Of a DNA stretch of 64,000 nucleotides, positions 38,791-47,680 are shown piece by piece. The stretch covers positions 87,608 through 151,607 of the forward strand of contig WRLU01000001.1 of assembly GCA_009777475.1 (NCBI GenBank), given 5' to 3'. Each line of letters begins with the position of its first letter. Within the stretch, counting starts at the first letter, position 1. Both the position numbers and the translations under genes were made by a program. Below the pieces are notes generated by a model. It did no database searches and had not been told where the DNA came from. It saw only the letters and a program-made list of their open reading frames with translations. The stretch is from Oscillospiraceae bacterium. Lineage in GTDB: Bacteria > Bacillota > Clostridia > Oscillospirales > UBA929.

Positions 38791-38819
38791 GTTTACACTT
38801 TGTTTACATTTTGTTTACA
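38791..38819. promoter_or_regulatory. three helically phased GTTTACA direct repeats in the divergent intergenic region
   Basis: GTTTACA at 38791, 38802 and 38813, an exact 11-nt period. The array ends 34 nt upstream of the aro -35 box. Confidence 0.4.
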
Positions 38820-38852
38820 ATTGACCGGTATACGGACGCCAAAAAAACAGGG

Positions 38853-38882
38853 TTGACAAGGCCGCCCCCTGTGGTATACAAT
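38853..38882 (+). promoter_or_regulatory. sigma-A type promoter of the aro operon
   Basis: TTGACA (38853-38858), 16-18 nt spacer, TATACA/TACAAT (38875-38882). Confidence 0.55.
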
Positions 38883-38925
38883 GTCCGGGTGAGCATTCAG
38901 CGGAATTTTTTAGGGAGGCAGGGCA

Positions 38926-39039
38926 ATGAGCAGAGGTACTTGTAAAATTGAGCGGAGCAGGAACGCGGCATATTTTGCCTCGGGCTTTGTGCTGTTTTAT
39001 TTTGCCTTTATGCCGGCCCGGAAAAACGCGCCGCGGTAG
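38926..39039 (+). CDS. candidate aro-operon leader peptide (37 aa, 5 Phe + 2 Tyr clustered)
   Basis: AGGGAGG SD 7 nt before the ATG. Peptide MSRGTCKIERSRNAAYFASGFVLFYFAFMPARKNAPR. Followed by a terminator before aroF. Confidence 0.5.
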   Translation: MSRGTCKIERSRNAAYFASGFVLFYFAFMPARKNAPR

Positions 39040-39055
39040 CCGCGGAAGAAAGCGT

Positions 39056-39092
39056 ACCCGGGCAATCGGCAGCGATTGTGCCGGGTGTTTTT
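39056..39092 (+). terminator. intrinsic terminator (attenuator) between leader ORF and aroF
   Basis: ACCCGGGCAATCG-GCAG-CGATTGTGCCGGGT stem of 12-13 bp with one mismatch, followed by GTTTTTATTATTT. Confidence 0.7.
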
Positions 39093-39118
39093 ATTATTTA
39101 AACAGGAGGGAAAATATT

Positions 39119-40123
39119 ATGATAGCAGTGCTTAAGCCAAGCGCGACCGGGGAGCAGATTGAAAATCTTACCGCCTGGCTGGAGGGCAGAGGGCTTGCCG
39201 TGCATCTTTCCAAGGGGGAGTCCTACACCGTGCTGGGGCTGATTGGCGATGTCGCCCGGCTTGATACCGAGCTTTTGGAGGGACTTGACATAGTTGACTC
39301 GGTTAAGCGCATTTCCGACCCATTTAAAAGCGCCAACCGGAAATTCCATCCATCCGACAGCATTATTGAGGTGGGCAATCTGAAAATCGGCGGGCCGCAT
39401 TTTCAGATAATGGCAGGTCCCTGCTCGGTGGAGACCCCGGAGCAGATCAGCCAGATAGCACAGGGCGTCAACGCCTCAGGGGCATCAATACTCAGAGGGG
39501 GGGCATTTAAGCCGCGCACCTCACCGTATGACTTCCAGGGTCTCCGCGCCGATGGGATTGAGCTGCTGCTTGAGGCCAAAAGGCAGACCGGTATGCCTAT
39601 TGTCACCGAAATAATGAACGCCAACCATCTGCCCATGTTTGACGAGGTTGACATTATCCAGGTAGGCGCGCGCAACATGCAGAACTTCGAGCTTCTCAAG
39701 GAGCTGGGGAGCATCCGCAAGCCGGTATTGCTCAAGCGCGGTCTTGCAAGCACGCTCAAGGAGCTGCTTATGAGCGCGGAATACATCATGGCGGGCGGGA
39801 ATCATAATATCATCCTCTGTGAGCGCGGTATCCGCACCTTTGAGACATTTACCCGGAACACTCTTGACATTTCGGCGATACCGGCTCTTAAGGAACTCTC
39901 TCACCTGCCGGTTGTTGTTGATCCCAGCCACGCCTGCGGGATTGCCCGCTTTGTGCTGCCTATGGCAATGGCGGCGGCGGCGGCGGGGGCGCACGGTCTT
40001 ATGATTGAGGTCCACAATGACCCCAAAGCGGCTCTTTGCGATGGGGCGCAGTCGCTCACCCCGGAGCAGTTTGCGCATGTGGCGGAGAATGTGCGCAGGA
40101 TACGCGAGGTGGAGGCACTATGA
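39119..40123 (+). CDS. aroF: 3-deoxy-7-phosphoheptulonate (DAHP) synthase, type I-beta with N-terminal regulatory-like domain
   Basis: GPCSVE, KPRTSPYDFQG and DPSHA motifs. ATG 39119 follows an AGGAGGG SD. The ORF-track extension to 38948 covers the leader. Confidence 0.9.
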   Translation: MIAVLKPSATGEQIENLTAWLEGRGLAVHLSKGESYTVLGLIGDVARLDTELLEGLDIVDSVKRISDPFKSANRKFHPSDSIIEVGNLKIGGPHFQIMAGPCSVETPEQISQIAQGVNASGASILRGGAFKPRTSPYDFQGLRADGIELLLEAKRQTGMPIVTEIMNANHLPMFDEVDIIQVGARNMQNFELLKELGSIRKPVLLKRGLASTLKELLMSAEYIMAGGNHNIILCERGIRTFETFTRNTLDISAIPALKELSHLPVVVDPSHACGIARFVLPMAMAAAAAGAHGLMIEVHNDPKAALCDGAQSLTPEQFAHVAENVRRIREVEAL

Positions 40124-40950
40124 TTGCAGGAGTTGCCGGGCTGGGGCTGATAGGCGGCTCTCTCTCCAAGGCCTACCGGGGCGGCGGGCACTGTGTCTAC
40201 GGCTTTGACGCCGATGAGGAGGTGCTGGGCTTTGCCCTGCTTTCCGGCGCGGCAAGCGGTGTGCTGGACAAAAACACAATCGGGAGGTGCCAGCTGATAT
40301 TTATCGCGCTTAACCCGGCGGACACAGTTGACTATCTGGAAAAAAACGCCCCGTATATTTCAAAGGACGCCATGGTCATTGACTGCTGCGGAGTTAAAAG
40401 GCTTGTCTGCTCAAAATGCTTCCCGATCGCCGAAAAATACGGCTTTGCGTTTGTAGGCGGACACCCTATGGCGGGAAGCCATAAGGGCGGGTTCAAAAAC
40501 AGCCGGGAGAGCCTCTTCCGCGGAGCCTCTATGATTCTTGTCCCTCCTGTATATGACGACCCTGTGTTATTCGGCCGCATGGAGGAGCTGCTGAGGCCTG
40601 CCGGCTTCGGGCGGCTTACTGTCTCCAGTGCCGCCAAGCACGATGAAATGATTGCCTTCAGCTCCCAGATGGCACACGTTGTATCAAACGCCTACGTCAA
40701 AAGCCCCACCGCCCGCGGACATAAAGCTTTCTCCGCCGGGAGCTACAAGGATTTAACGCGGGTTGCAAGGCTTAACCCGGAAATGTGGGCGCAGCTGTGC
40801 ATTGAAAACAGGGATTTCTTAATAAAGGAGCTTGACAGCTTTACAGGGGAGATAGAAAAATACAAGGAATCGCTGGCCAGGGGAGACAAGGACACACTGC
40901 AAGAGCTGCTGGAGGAGGGCAGCAGGCTGAAGGGGGAGCTGGATCCTTGA
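40120..40950 (+). CDS. tyrA: prephenate dehydrogenase
   Basis: GLGLIGGS NAD-binding motif and GGHPMAG. ATGA overlap with aroF. Confidence 0.9.
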   Translation: MIAGVAGLGLIGGSLSKAYRGGGHCVYGFDADEEVLGFALLSGAASGVLDKNTIGRCQLIFIALNPADTVDYLEKNAPYISKDAMVIDCCGVKRLVCSKCFPIAEKYGFAFVGGHPMAGSHKGGFKNSRESLFRGASMILVPPVYDDPVLFGRMEELLRPAGFGRLTVSSAAKHDEMIAFSSQMAHVVSNAYVKSPTARGHKAFSAGSYKDLTRVARLNPEMWAQLCIENRDFLIKELDSFTGEIEKYKESLARGDKDTLQELLEEGSRLKGELDP

Positions 40951-42005
40951 TGAAGACTATAACGGTAAGCGTGTCAAAGACCTATGATATTTTTGTGGGT
41001 TCCGGGCTTCTGGGTAAATCCGGCGGGATTATCAGCCAGGTATGCCCCGGCTTGTCGGCGGCAATTGTTACCGATTCGACCGTGGATTCACTTTACGGCG
41101 GCAGGCTGGCGGATATTCTGGCAAAAAGCGGCCTGAGAGTGTCCAAATATGTTTTCCCTCAGGGCGAGGAGTCTAAGAACCCGGAAATATTTCTAAGCAT
41201 TCTTAATTTTTTGGCACAGGAAAAAATCACCCGCGCAGATGCGGTGGTTGCCCTCGGAGGAGGGGTGGCGGGGGATTTGGCGGGCTTTGCCGCCGCTTCC
41301 TATATGAGAGGGGCCGGGTTTATACAAATCCCGACTACCCTTTTGGCGGCGGTTGATTCCTCGGTTGGCGGAAAAACCGGCATAAATTTGCCGTCAGGGA
41401 AAAACCTGGCCGGGGCATTTTATCAGCCTGATGCCGTGATCTGCGACACCTCGCTACTCTCAACCCTTGATCCTGAGGTCTTCAAGGACGGCTGTGCCGA
41501 GGTTATCAAGTACGGCATGATAGCTGACAGAACGCTGCTGAAGGGCGTTGAAATGCCGGGCAGGGGGAGCTTGGAGGACGTAATTGCCCGGTGTGTTTCA
41601 ATTAAACGCGATATTGTAGCCGGGGACGAGCTTGAGCGGGGAGAGAGAAGGATGCTTAATTTCGGCCATACTGTCGGCCACGCGGTCGAGCTGCTGAGCG
41701 GATACCAAATTTCACACGGCAGGGCGGTTGCCATTGGTATGGCCACCATTACCCGGGCGACCGTTAAAATGGGGCTTTGCCGGAGCGATTGCCTGGATGA
41801 TTTGCTAGAGTCACTCGACAGGCATTCCCTGCCCCAAAGCACAAGCTATAACGCTTGTCAGCTCGCCCGCGCCTGCCTTTCTGATAAAAAGCGCGGCAGG
41901 GACGGCCTTGTGATGGTTTTTCCGGTTGAACCCGGCAAATGTGAACTGAAAAAAATCCCGGTTAGTGACTTGGAGCAAGTAATACGGCTGGGCCTGGAGG
42001 GATAA
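40950..42005 (+). CDS. aroB: 3-dehydroquinate synthase
   Basis: GGGVAGDLAGFAAA and NFGHTVGHA motifs. The start overlaps the tyrA stop. Confidence 0.95.
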   Translation: MKTITVSVSKTYDIFVGSGLLGKSGGIISQVCPGLSAAIVTDSTVDSLYGGRLADILAKSGLRVSKYVFPQGEESKNPEIFLSILNFLAQEKITRADAVVALGGGVAGDLAGFAAASYMRGAGFIQIPTTLLAAVDSSVGGKTGINLPSGKNLAGAFYQPDAVICDTSLLSTLDPEVFKDGCAEVIKYGMIADRTLLKGVEMPGRGSLEDVIARCVSIKRDIVAGDELERGERRMLNFGHTVGHAVELLSGYQISHGRAVAIGMATITRATVKMGLCRSDCLDDLLESLDRHSLPQSTSYNACQLARACLSDKKRGRDGLVMVFPVEPGKCELKKIPVSDLEQVIRLGLEG

Positions 42006-42009
42006 TGCT

Positions 42010-43143
42010 GTGGATATTCGCATAATAAAGCCTTTGCAGGGAAGCGTTCTGCGAGGTCAGGTGACAATGCCGCCCTCCAAGAGCTTATCCCACCGCGCTT
42101 TAATTGCCGCCTTCCTTTCCGGCTGCACGGCTGAAAATCTAGCCGGGAACACCGACATCGCCGCAACGCGAGGCTGCCTTTCCGCGCTTAGGACGGGCGG
42201 GGTTCTTGAATGTGGAGAGTCAGGCTCCACCATGCGGTTCCTCATGCCGCTGTCGCTGGTTTTACGTGAAACGGCGGTATTTACCGGAAGCCCGGGGTTG
42301 CTCAGGCGGCCTATGGAGCCGTATTTTAACTTTTTCGATGCCGAAAGGCTTGATAATGGCTACCGCCTGCGGGGCAAGCTCCAGCCGGGGAGGTATCCTC
42401 TTAAGGGGAATGTCAGCTCTCAGTTTGTCACCGGGCTGATGTTTGCCCTGCCCATGCTGGGCGGCAACAGTGAAATCATCCTCACCTCGCCGCTGGAATC
42501 TAAGCCGTATGCCGATATGACAGTACAGGTGCTGTCAGCATTCGGCATTGACATAAAGGAGGTAAGCGGCGGCTATTTTATCCCCGGCAATCAGAAATAT
42601 CGCCCATGCCACTATACGGTGGAGGGAGACCAGTCGGCGGCGGCGTTTTGGCGGGTTGCCAACGCCCTTGGTGCCGAGATAGACTGTAAAGGCCTAAACC
42701 CCCGCACTGTACAGGGTGATAGCGTTATGGAGAGCATTATCCAAAACCATGAGCGTGTCATTGACGTGCGGGAATGTCCTGACCTTGTGCCCGCCCTTGC
42801 CGTACTCTGTTGCTTTGGTCAAGGGGAAAGCCGCATTGTCAATGCCGGCAGGCTGCGGCTCAAGGAAAGTGACCGCCTTAGCACCATATCGGCGGAGCTG
42901 AACAGGCTGGGTGCGAAAATTGAGGAGCTGCCTGAGAGTCTGATTATACAGGGTGTGGCATCCTTGGCCGGCGGTGATGTTTATGGGCATAACGACCACC
43001 GCATTGCAATGGCTCTTGCCATTGCAGCCATGCGCTGTCGTTCGCCTGTTACAATACACGGGGCTGAATGTACAGAGAAATCCTACCCGCGTTTTTTTGA
43101 AGACTTCAAAAGCTTAGGGGGTTATTATGAACAATTGGGGTGA
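42010..43143 (+). CDS. aroA: 3-phosphoshikimate 1-carboxyvinyltransferase (EPSP synthase), short 377-aa form
   Basis: PPSKSLSHR, LKESDR and DHRIAMA motifs. GTG start 8 nt after GGAGGG. Confidence 0.9.
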   Translation: MDIRIIKPLQGSVLRGQVTMPPSKSLSHRALIAAFLSGCTAENLAGNTDIAATRGCLSALRTGGVLECGESGSTMRFLMPLSLVLRETAVFTGSPGLLRRPMEPYFNFFDAERLDNGYRLRGKLQPGRYPLKGNVSSQFVTGLMFALPMLGGNSEIILTSPLESKPYADMTVQVLSAFGIDIKEVSGGYFIPGNQKYRPCHYTVEGDQSAAAFWRVANALGAEIDCKGLNPRTVQGDSVMESIIQNHERVIDVRECPDLVPALAVLCCFGQGESRIVNAGRLRLKESDRLSTISAELNRLGAKIEELPESLIIQGVASLAGGDVYGHNDHRIAMALAIAAMRCRSPVTIHGAECTEKSYPRFFEDFKSLGGYYEQLG

Positions 43144-44077
43144 AGCATTAAAAATTTCCATTTTCGGTGAGTCTCATGGGAAGGCTGTCGGCATAGTAAT
43201 TGATGGAATAGTACCGGGGTTTGCCCCAGATATGGAGGAGGTTGGCCGGGAGTTAGCGCGGCGCGCTCCGGGGCAATCGGGTTTAACAACCTCCCGCAGG
43301 GAGGATGACACCGTAGAAATAGTCAGCGGCCTGTTTGAGGGGAGAACTACCGGAGCCCCGCTTTGCTGTATGATACGCAACACAAATACCCGATCGAGCG
43401 ATTACCAACGGCACCTGGCACGGCCCGGACACGCAGACTATACGGCGCATATAAAATACAAGGGGTTTTCAGACTATAGGGGCGGCGGGCATTTTTCAGG
43501 GAGATTAACCGCGCCATTGGTTTTTGCTGGTGCATTGGCAAAGCAGCTGCTGCCTGGCGTGAACTTCAAGGCCAAGCCGGAGCTTATAGGAGGGGTAAGC
43601 CCTGACGATGAAACTATATTAAACGCTAAGGCTGAAAATGACAGTGTAGGAGGGATAATATCGTGCGTTATTACCGGGCTTCCCGCAGGGCTTGGCGAAC
43701 CGTTTTTCAGCTCGACTGAAAGCCGGCTGTCGTCTATATTGTTTTCCGTACCCGCCGTTAAGGGCGTGGAGTTTGACAATGGGTTTGCATTAGCGGGAAT
43801 GCGCGGTTCTGAGTCTAACAAAACAAATTTCGGCATTTTAGGCGGTATAACAACCGGAAAGCCTCTTAATTTCCGGGTTGCCGTTAAGCCCACGCCCTCA
43901 ATCGGACAGGAGCAGAATACAATTGAGCTTACAACGGGGGAACCCGCTAAAATCACTATATCGGGCAGGCACGACCCATGTATAGTCCCCCGGGCGGTTC
44001 CTGTTATAGAGGCGGCGGCGGCAATTGGCATTCTTGACCTCTGGATTGCGGGAAAATTCCCATTTATATTTGATTAG
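43127..44077 (+). CDS. aroC: chorismate synthase
   Basis: FGESHG and GRHDPC motifs. Overlaps the aroA end by 17 nt. Confidence 0.9.
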   Translation: MNNWGEALKISIFGESHGKAVGIVIDGIVPGFAPDMEEVGRELARRAPGQSGLTTSRREDDTVEIVSGLFEGRTTGAPLCCMIRNTNTRSSDYQRHLARPGHADYTAHIKYKGFSDYRGGGHFSGRLTAPLVFAGALAKQLLPGVNFKAKPELIGGVSPDDETILNAKAENDSVGGIISCVITGLPAGLGEPFFSSTESRLSSILFSVPAVKGVEFDNGFALAGMRGSESNKTNFGILGGITTGKPLNFRVAVKPTPSIGQEQNTIELTTGEPAKITISGRHDPCIVPRAVPVIEAAAAIGILDLWIAGKFPFIFD

Positions 44078-44085
44078 AGAGGAAA

Positions 44086-45231
44086 ATGATTATGGATTTA
44101 CAAGAGTTACGCAAGCAAATTGACGGAATTGACAACGAGTTGGTTGCCTTGCTTGGACGCCGCATGGATACATCCGCTGAAATCGCCAAGCATAAAAAAG
44201 CCAACGCCCTGCCGGTATATGACCCGGCACGCGAGAGGCAAAAGCTGTATGATTTATCCGGGAAGGCCGGTGAAGGCCGGGGGACATATATTTCCGCGCT
44301 GTATTCCATTTTGTTTGAGCTAAGCAGAGCCGATCAAGAGCAAATAATAAACCCCCATTCACAATTAACCGACAGAATTCAAAATGCCGTGAAGGATACG
44401 GATTGGCTTTTTCCAGAAAGAACAGTAATAGCCTGCCAGGGCATAGAAGGGGCGTATTCCCAGCAGGCGGCGCAAAAGCTGTTTTCAACGCCAAGCATTA
44501 TGTATTTCGGCAACTTTGAAGGGGTCTTTTCGGCAGTTGACAGCGGTATGTGTTCATACGGCATTCTGCCGCTTGAAAATAGTACGGCAGGCTCAATAAA
44601 TCAAGTATATGACCTTATGATGAAATATCCTTTTAGCATAGTAAAAAGCACACGCCTTAAAATTGACCATTGCTTGCTTGCCAAAAAGAAAGTTGAAATT
44701 ACGGATGTAAAAGAGATATTCTCTCACGAACAGGCGATTGCCCAGTCATCGGAGTTTATAAAAAAACTCGGCTGTAAGGTAACCGTATGCCGGAACACTG
44801 CCGAGGCGGCTGAGATTGTCTCTAAATCACCTCGCAATGACATCGCTGCCCTTTCCTCACGTAACTGCTCTCGTCTGTATGAGCTGTGCCGCCTTGCCGA
44901 CTCCGTGCAGGACCAGGGGAATAATTATACCCGCTTTATCTGTGTTTCAAAATCGCTTGCAATCTATCCGGGTGCCGACAAAACAAGCCTTATGCTTACC
45001 GTTCCCCACAAGCCCGGTTCGCTGTATCACGTGCTGTCCCGGCTTTATATCCATGGAATAAATCTTATCAAGCTTGAAAGCCGCCCCATTCCGAACAGGG
45101 ATTTTGAGTTCATGTTCTATTTCGACCTTGAAACACCTGTATATTCACCCTGCCTAATGAGGGCACTGAGAGAGCTTGAAGATTTTTGTGAGGAGTTTTA
45201 TTATCTCGGTAGCTACTCGGAGGTGGTGTGA
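44086..45231 (+). CDS. pheA: bifunctional chorismate mutase / prephenate dehydratase (P-protein)
   Basis: N-terminal CM_2 helix (LRKQIDGIDNELVALLGRR), a PDT domain and an ACT domain (LESRPI). Alternative start at 44092. Confidence 0.9.
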   Translation: MIMDLQELRKQIDGIDNELVALLGRRMDTSAEIAKHKKANALPVYDPARERQKLYDLSGKAGEGRGTYISALYSILFELSRADQEQIINPHSQLTDRIQNAVKDTDWLFPERTVIACQGIEGAYSQQAAQKLFSTPSIMYFGNFEGVFSAVDSGMCSYGILPLENSTAGSINQVYDLMMKYPFSIVKSTRLKIDHCLLAKKKVEITDVKEIFSHEQAIAQSSEFIKKLGCKVTVCRNTAEAAEIVSKSPRNDIAALSSRNCSRLYELCRLADSVQDQGNNYTRFICVSKSLAIYPGADKTSLMLTVPHKPGSLYHVLSRLYIHGINLIKLESRPIPNRDFEFMFYFDLETPVYSPCLMRALRELEDFCEEFYYLGSYSEVV

Positions 45232-46493
45232 TGGCAGCCTGTGAACAACAGGCAACGAGAAGCCCTGGTCGCTTCGGATTGCTCGGAGAGCATCTTTCAC
45301 ACAGTTTTTCGCCTTTAATCCACGCACAACTGGGAAATTACGAATATGTGCTGCATGAAAAAAAACCTTGGGAGTTAGAGGAGTTTCTCCTGCACAGTGA
45401 ATTTGATGGGCTTAATGTTACTATTCCCTACAAAAAAACTGTTGTTCCTTTTTGTGCGGAATTATCTGATTTTGCAAGGAAAACCGGAAGTGTGAATACA
45501 ATTACGCGCTTGCCTGACGGAACTCTTTTTGGAGACAACACAGATGGATACGGCTTTATTTGTTTGCTGAAAAGGGCAGGTGTTGATCCGGGTGAAGGAA
45601 AAACAGTTGTCCTCGGCAGCGGGGGTGCATCACAAGCAGTACAGGAAGTATTGCGGGAGCAAGGCTCAAGGGAGATTGCAGTTGTATCCAGAACCGGAGA
45701 TAATAATTACGAAAATATTAAAAAACATTCCGATGCTGTTCTTATTGTAAACACAACACCTGTGGGAATGTATCCGGGCAATGGGGTTTCGCCGTTGGCT
45801 GATTTAGGGCTGTTTCAAAACTGCAAGGCTGTAATTGACCTTATTTACAATCCATCCCACACTGAATTGCTGTTAATGGCCAGGGAATGCGGTATTCCTG
45901 CTGAGAATGGGCTTGCAATGCTTGTTGGTCAGGCAAAAAAATCAGCAGAAATGTTTATTGGAGAATCTATTGCCGATTCTCTAATAGAAAAAATTATATC
46001 TAAGATTAGCAGAACAACCCGGAACATTGTGCTGATTGGTATGCCGGGTTGCGGAAAGACAAGCATTGGCACAGAGCTGGCAGGAATAATGGACAGGCCT
46101 TTTGCCGACACAGACGAGCAAATCGAAATGGCCGCCGGAAAGACTGTTGCAGCCATATTTTCCGAGGACGGCGAAAACGCATTCAGGGAATTGGAAACCA
46201 AGCTGCTCACAGAGCTTTGTAAGCAAAACGGAGGCATTGTCGCAACAGGCGGCGGCGTGGTAAAACACCCTGTAAATAAGCATATAATGCAGCAAAACGG
46301 CGTTATTGTCTTTTTAGAACGCGATATTTCCAGACTTGAGACATCAGGCAGGCCCCTTTCAGAACAAGCCGGGGTTGACGTGCTGGCAAAAGAGCGTTTG
46401 CCTATTTATAGGCAGTGGTGCGATGTAGCCGTACAAGTAGGCGGCATTAGACAGACGGCTGAAAAAATATATAATATGGTTAGACAGGAGTAA
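45228..46493 (+). CDS. aroE: fused shikimate dehydrogenase / shikimate kinase
   Basis: N-terminal SHSFSP..H and GSGGAS motifs (AroE). The C-terminal part has Walker A GMPGCGKT plus DTD (AroK). Confidence 0.9.
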   Translation: MMAACEQQATRSPGRFGLLGEHLSHSFSPLIHAQLGNYEYVLHEKKPWELEEFLLHSEFDGLNVTIPYKKTVVPFCAELSDFARKTGSVNTITRLPDGTLFGDNTDGYGFICLLKRAGVDPGEGKTVVLGSGGASQAVQEVLREQGSREIAVVSRTGDNNYENIKKHSDAVLIVNTTPVGMYPGNGVSPLADLGLFQNCKAVIDLIYNPSHTELLLMARECGIPAENGLAMLVGQAKKSAEMFIGESIADSLIEKIISKISRTTRNIVLIGMPGCGKTSIGTELAGIMDRPFADTDEQIEMAAGKTVAAIFSEDGENAFRELETKLLTELCKQNGGIVATGGGVVKHPVNKHIMQQNGVIVFLERDISRLETSGRPLSEQAGVDVLAKERLPIYRQWCDVAVQVGGIRQTAEKIYNMVRQE

Positions 46494-46495
46494 GT

Positions 46496-46930
46496 ATGAA
46501 AAGAATTCTAGTAATCAATGGACCTAATATAAATCTGCTGGGCATACGGGAGCCGGAGATTTACGGAAAAGAGAGTTATGCAGATTTGCTTGCTTTTATT
46601 TGCAATTCGGCAAGGTCTGCCGGAGTTGAGGTTAGGTGTTTTCAATCTAATTCCGAGGGTGCCATTGTAGACGAAATTCAAAACGCCATAGGGCAATTTA
46701 ACGGAATTATAATCAATCCCGCCGCATATACCCATACCAGTATTGCCATTCCCGATGCGCTGAAAGCAACCGGAATACCTGCCGTTGAAGTACACCTATC
46801 CGATATTTCAAATCGTGAAGAATACCGGAAAATTTCTTATACCGCCGAGGCCTGCTGTGCTACCATAGCAGGAAAAGGTTTTGAGGGCTACAGCGAGGCA
46901 ATTGAGGTGCTGTCTTCTATATCACACTAA
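46496..46930 (+). CDS. aroQ: type II 3-dehydroquinate dehydratase
   Basis: VINGPNINLLGIREPEIYG signature. 144 aa. Confidence 0.95.
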   Translation: MKRILVINGPNINLLGIREPEIYGKESYADLLAFICNSARSAGVEVRCFQSNSEGAIVDEIQNAIGQFNGIIINPAAYTHTSIAIPDALKATGIPAVEVHLSDISNREEYRKISYTAEACCATIAGKGFEGYSEAIEVLSSISH

Positions 46931-47671
46931 TCCGTATAATTCAAACGGCTCGTTCTGCAAGGCTTGCCTGTAAAGCTCAATGGTGTTCTTGACTTGAACC
47001 AGCATACATTTGGCGTTACCAATCATTCCGTCAGCAATGTATCCCGCTTCATATGCCCTGTCTTGGATCGTATACCAAGGCTTTACAGGCGGATTCCATG
47101 CTTCAAGAAACCAGTCAGATTCAGGATAAACCTCTCTCGCTTCCTGCGAAGGGGCAAACCTGTTTTTGATTTCATCAGGCAGAGCATCCTCAACATAGTG
47201 CATGGCGGACATTTTGTAAATATCAACGCCCATCAAAAGAGCATAGCCGCCGGAATCTATCAAATGCTGGAAACTCTCAGCGTGCCTCTCGGCATCTTTC
47301 CCCCAAGCGGAAACCCGGAATATACCCTCTCCAGTAACAATACCGGGCATTTTCCTGAATGTTTCGGGAACTATTCCCATGCGAGACTTCTCATTATCAG
47401 TGTGCAAAACTTTGATTTTTTGCGTCAAACCTAACTTTTTATCTGTTTCGGTCAAGGGCAAATCAGGCGAGAGTTTGAACGAGGGCATAACAATCGCCCC
47501 ATCCCTGCCCACGATATGTTTGAGTGCTTCTATTACCATCAAAGCACCGCCGTCAACATAGCCCAAATTACGCAGGGATGAATGTACTTCCAGCATCATC
47601 CCCGCTGTAACGCCCAACTGCATAAGACCTTTTTCTATTTCGATTCTCGTTATAGGCATAGCAAAATTCAA
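46922..47671 (-). CDS. AAC(3)-family aminoglycoside N-acetyltransferase-like protein (YokD-like)
   Basis: N-terminus I.KG L.QLGV..G..L.VHSSL..LG.V.GGA..VI.AL, typical of the AAC(3) fold. The start is TTG 47671 or ATG 47659. Confidence 0.75.
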   Translation of the reverse strand: MNFAMPITRIEIEKGLMQLGVTAGMMLEVHSSLRNLGYVDGGALMVIEALKHIVGRDGAIVMPSFKLSPDLPLTETDKKLGLTQKIKVLHTDNEKSRMGIVPETFRKMPGIVTGEGIFRVSAWGKDAERHAESFQHLIDSGGYALLMGVDIYKMSAMHYVEDALPDEIKNRFAPSQEAREVYPESDWFLEAWNPPVKPWYTIQDRAYEAGYIADGMIGNAKCMLVQVKNTIELYRQALQNEPFELYGLV

Positions 47672-47675
47672 CTCC
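47501..47675. repeat. direct repeat copy A (5' end plus RBS region of the AAC(3) gene)
   Basis: About 175 bp, roughly nine-tenths identical by eye to 48366-48540. Confidence 0.8.
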
Positions 47676-47680
47676 GATTA

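Noticed and set aside
38885-39118. T-box riboswitch as the regulator of the aro operon. The ATGAGCAGAGGTAC stretch loosely resembles a stem-I AGAGA/AGTA region, and GCGGTAGCCGCG loosely resembles the T-box GGTGGTACCGCG.
   Set aside because: The UGGN bulge sequence needed to pair with the tRNA NCCA end is absent. The T-box-like stretch is itself a perfect CCGCGG palindrome, and I could not build a specifier loop. The well-initiated F/Y-rich leader ORF explains the region better. A covariance-model scan is still needed.
38948-39118. N-terminal extension of aroF given by the ORF track (391 aa, start 38948).
   Set aside because: The extension is Arg/Cys-rich nonsense that runs through the leader ORF and the terminator. 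ATG 39119 has an AGGAGGG SD and gives a normal DAHP synthase N-terminus.
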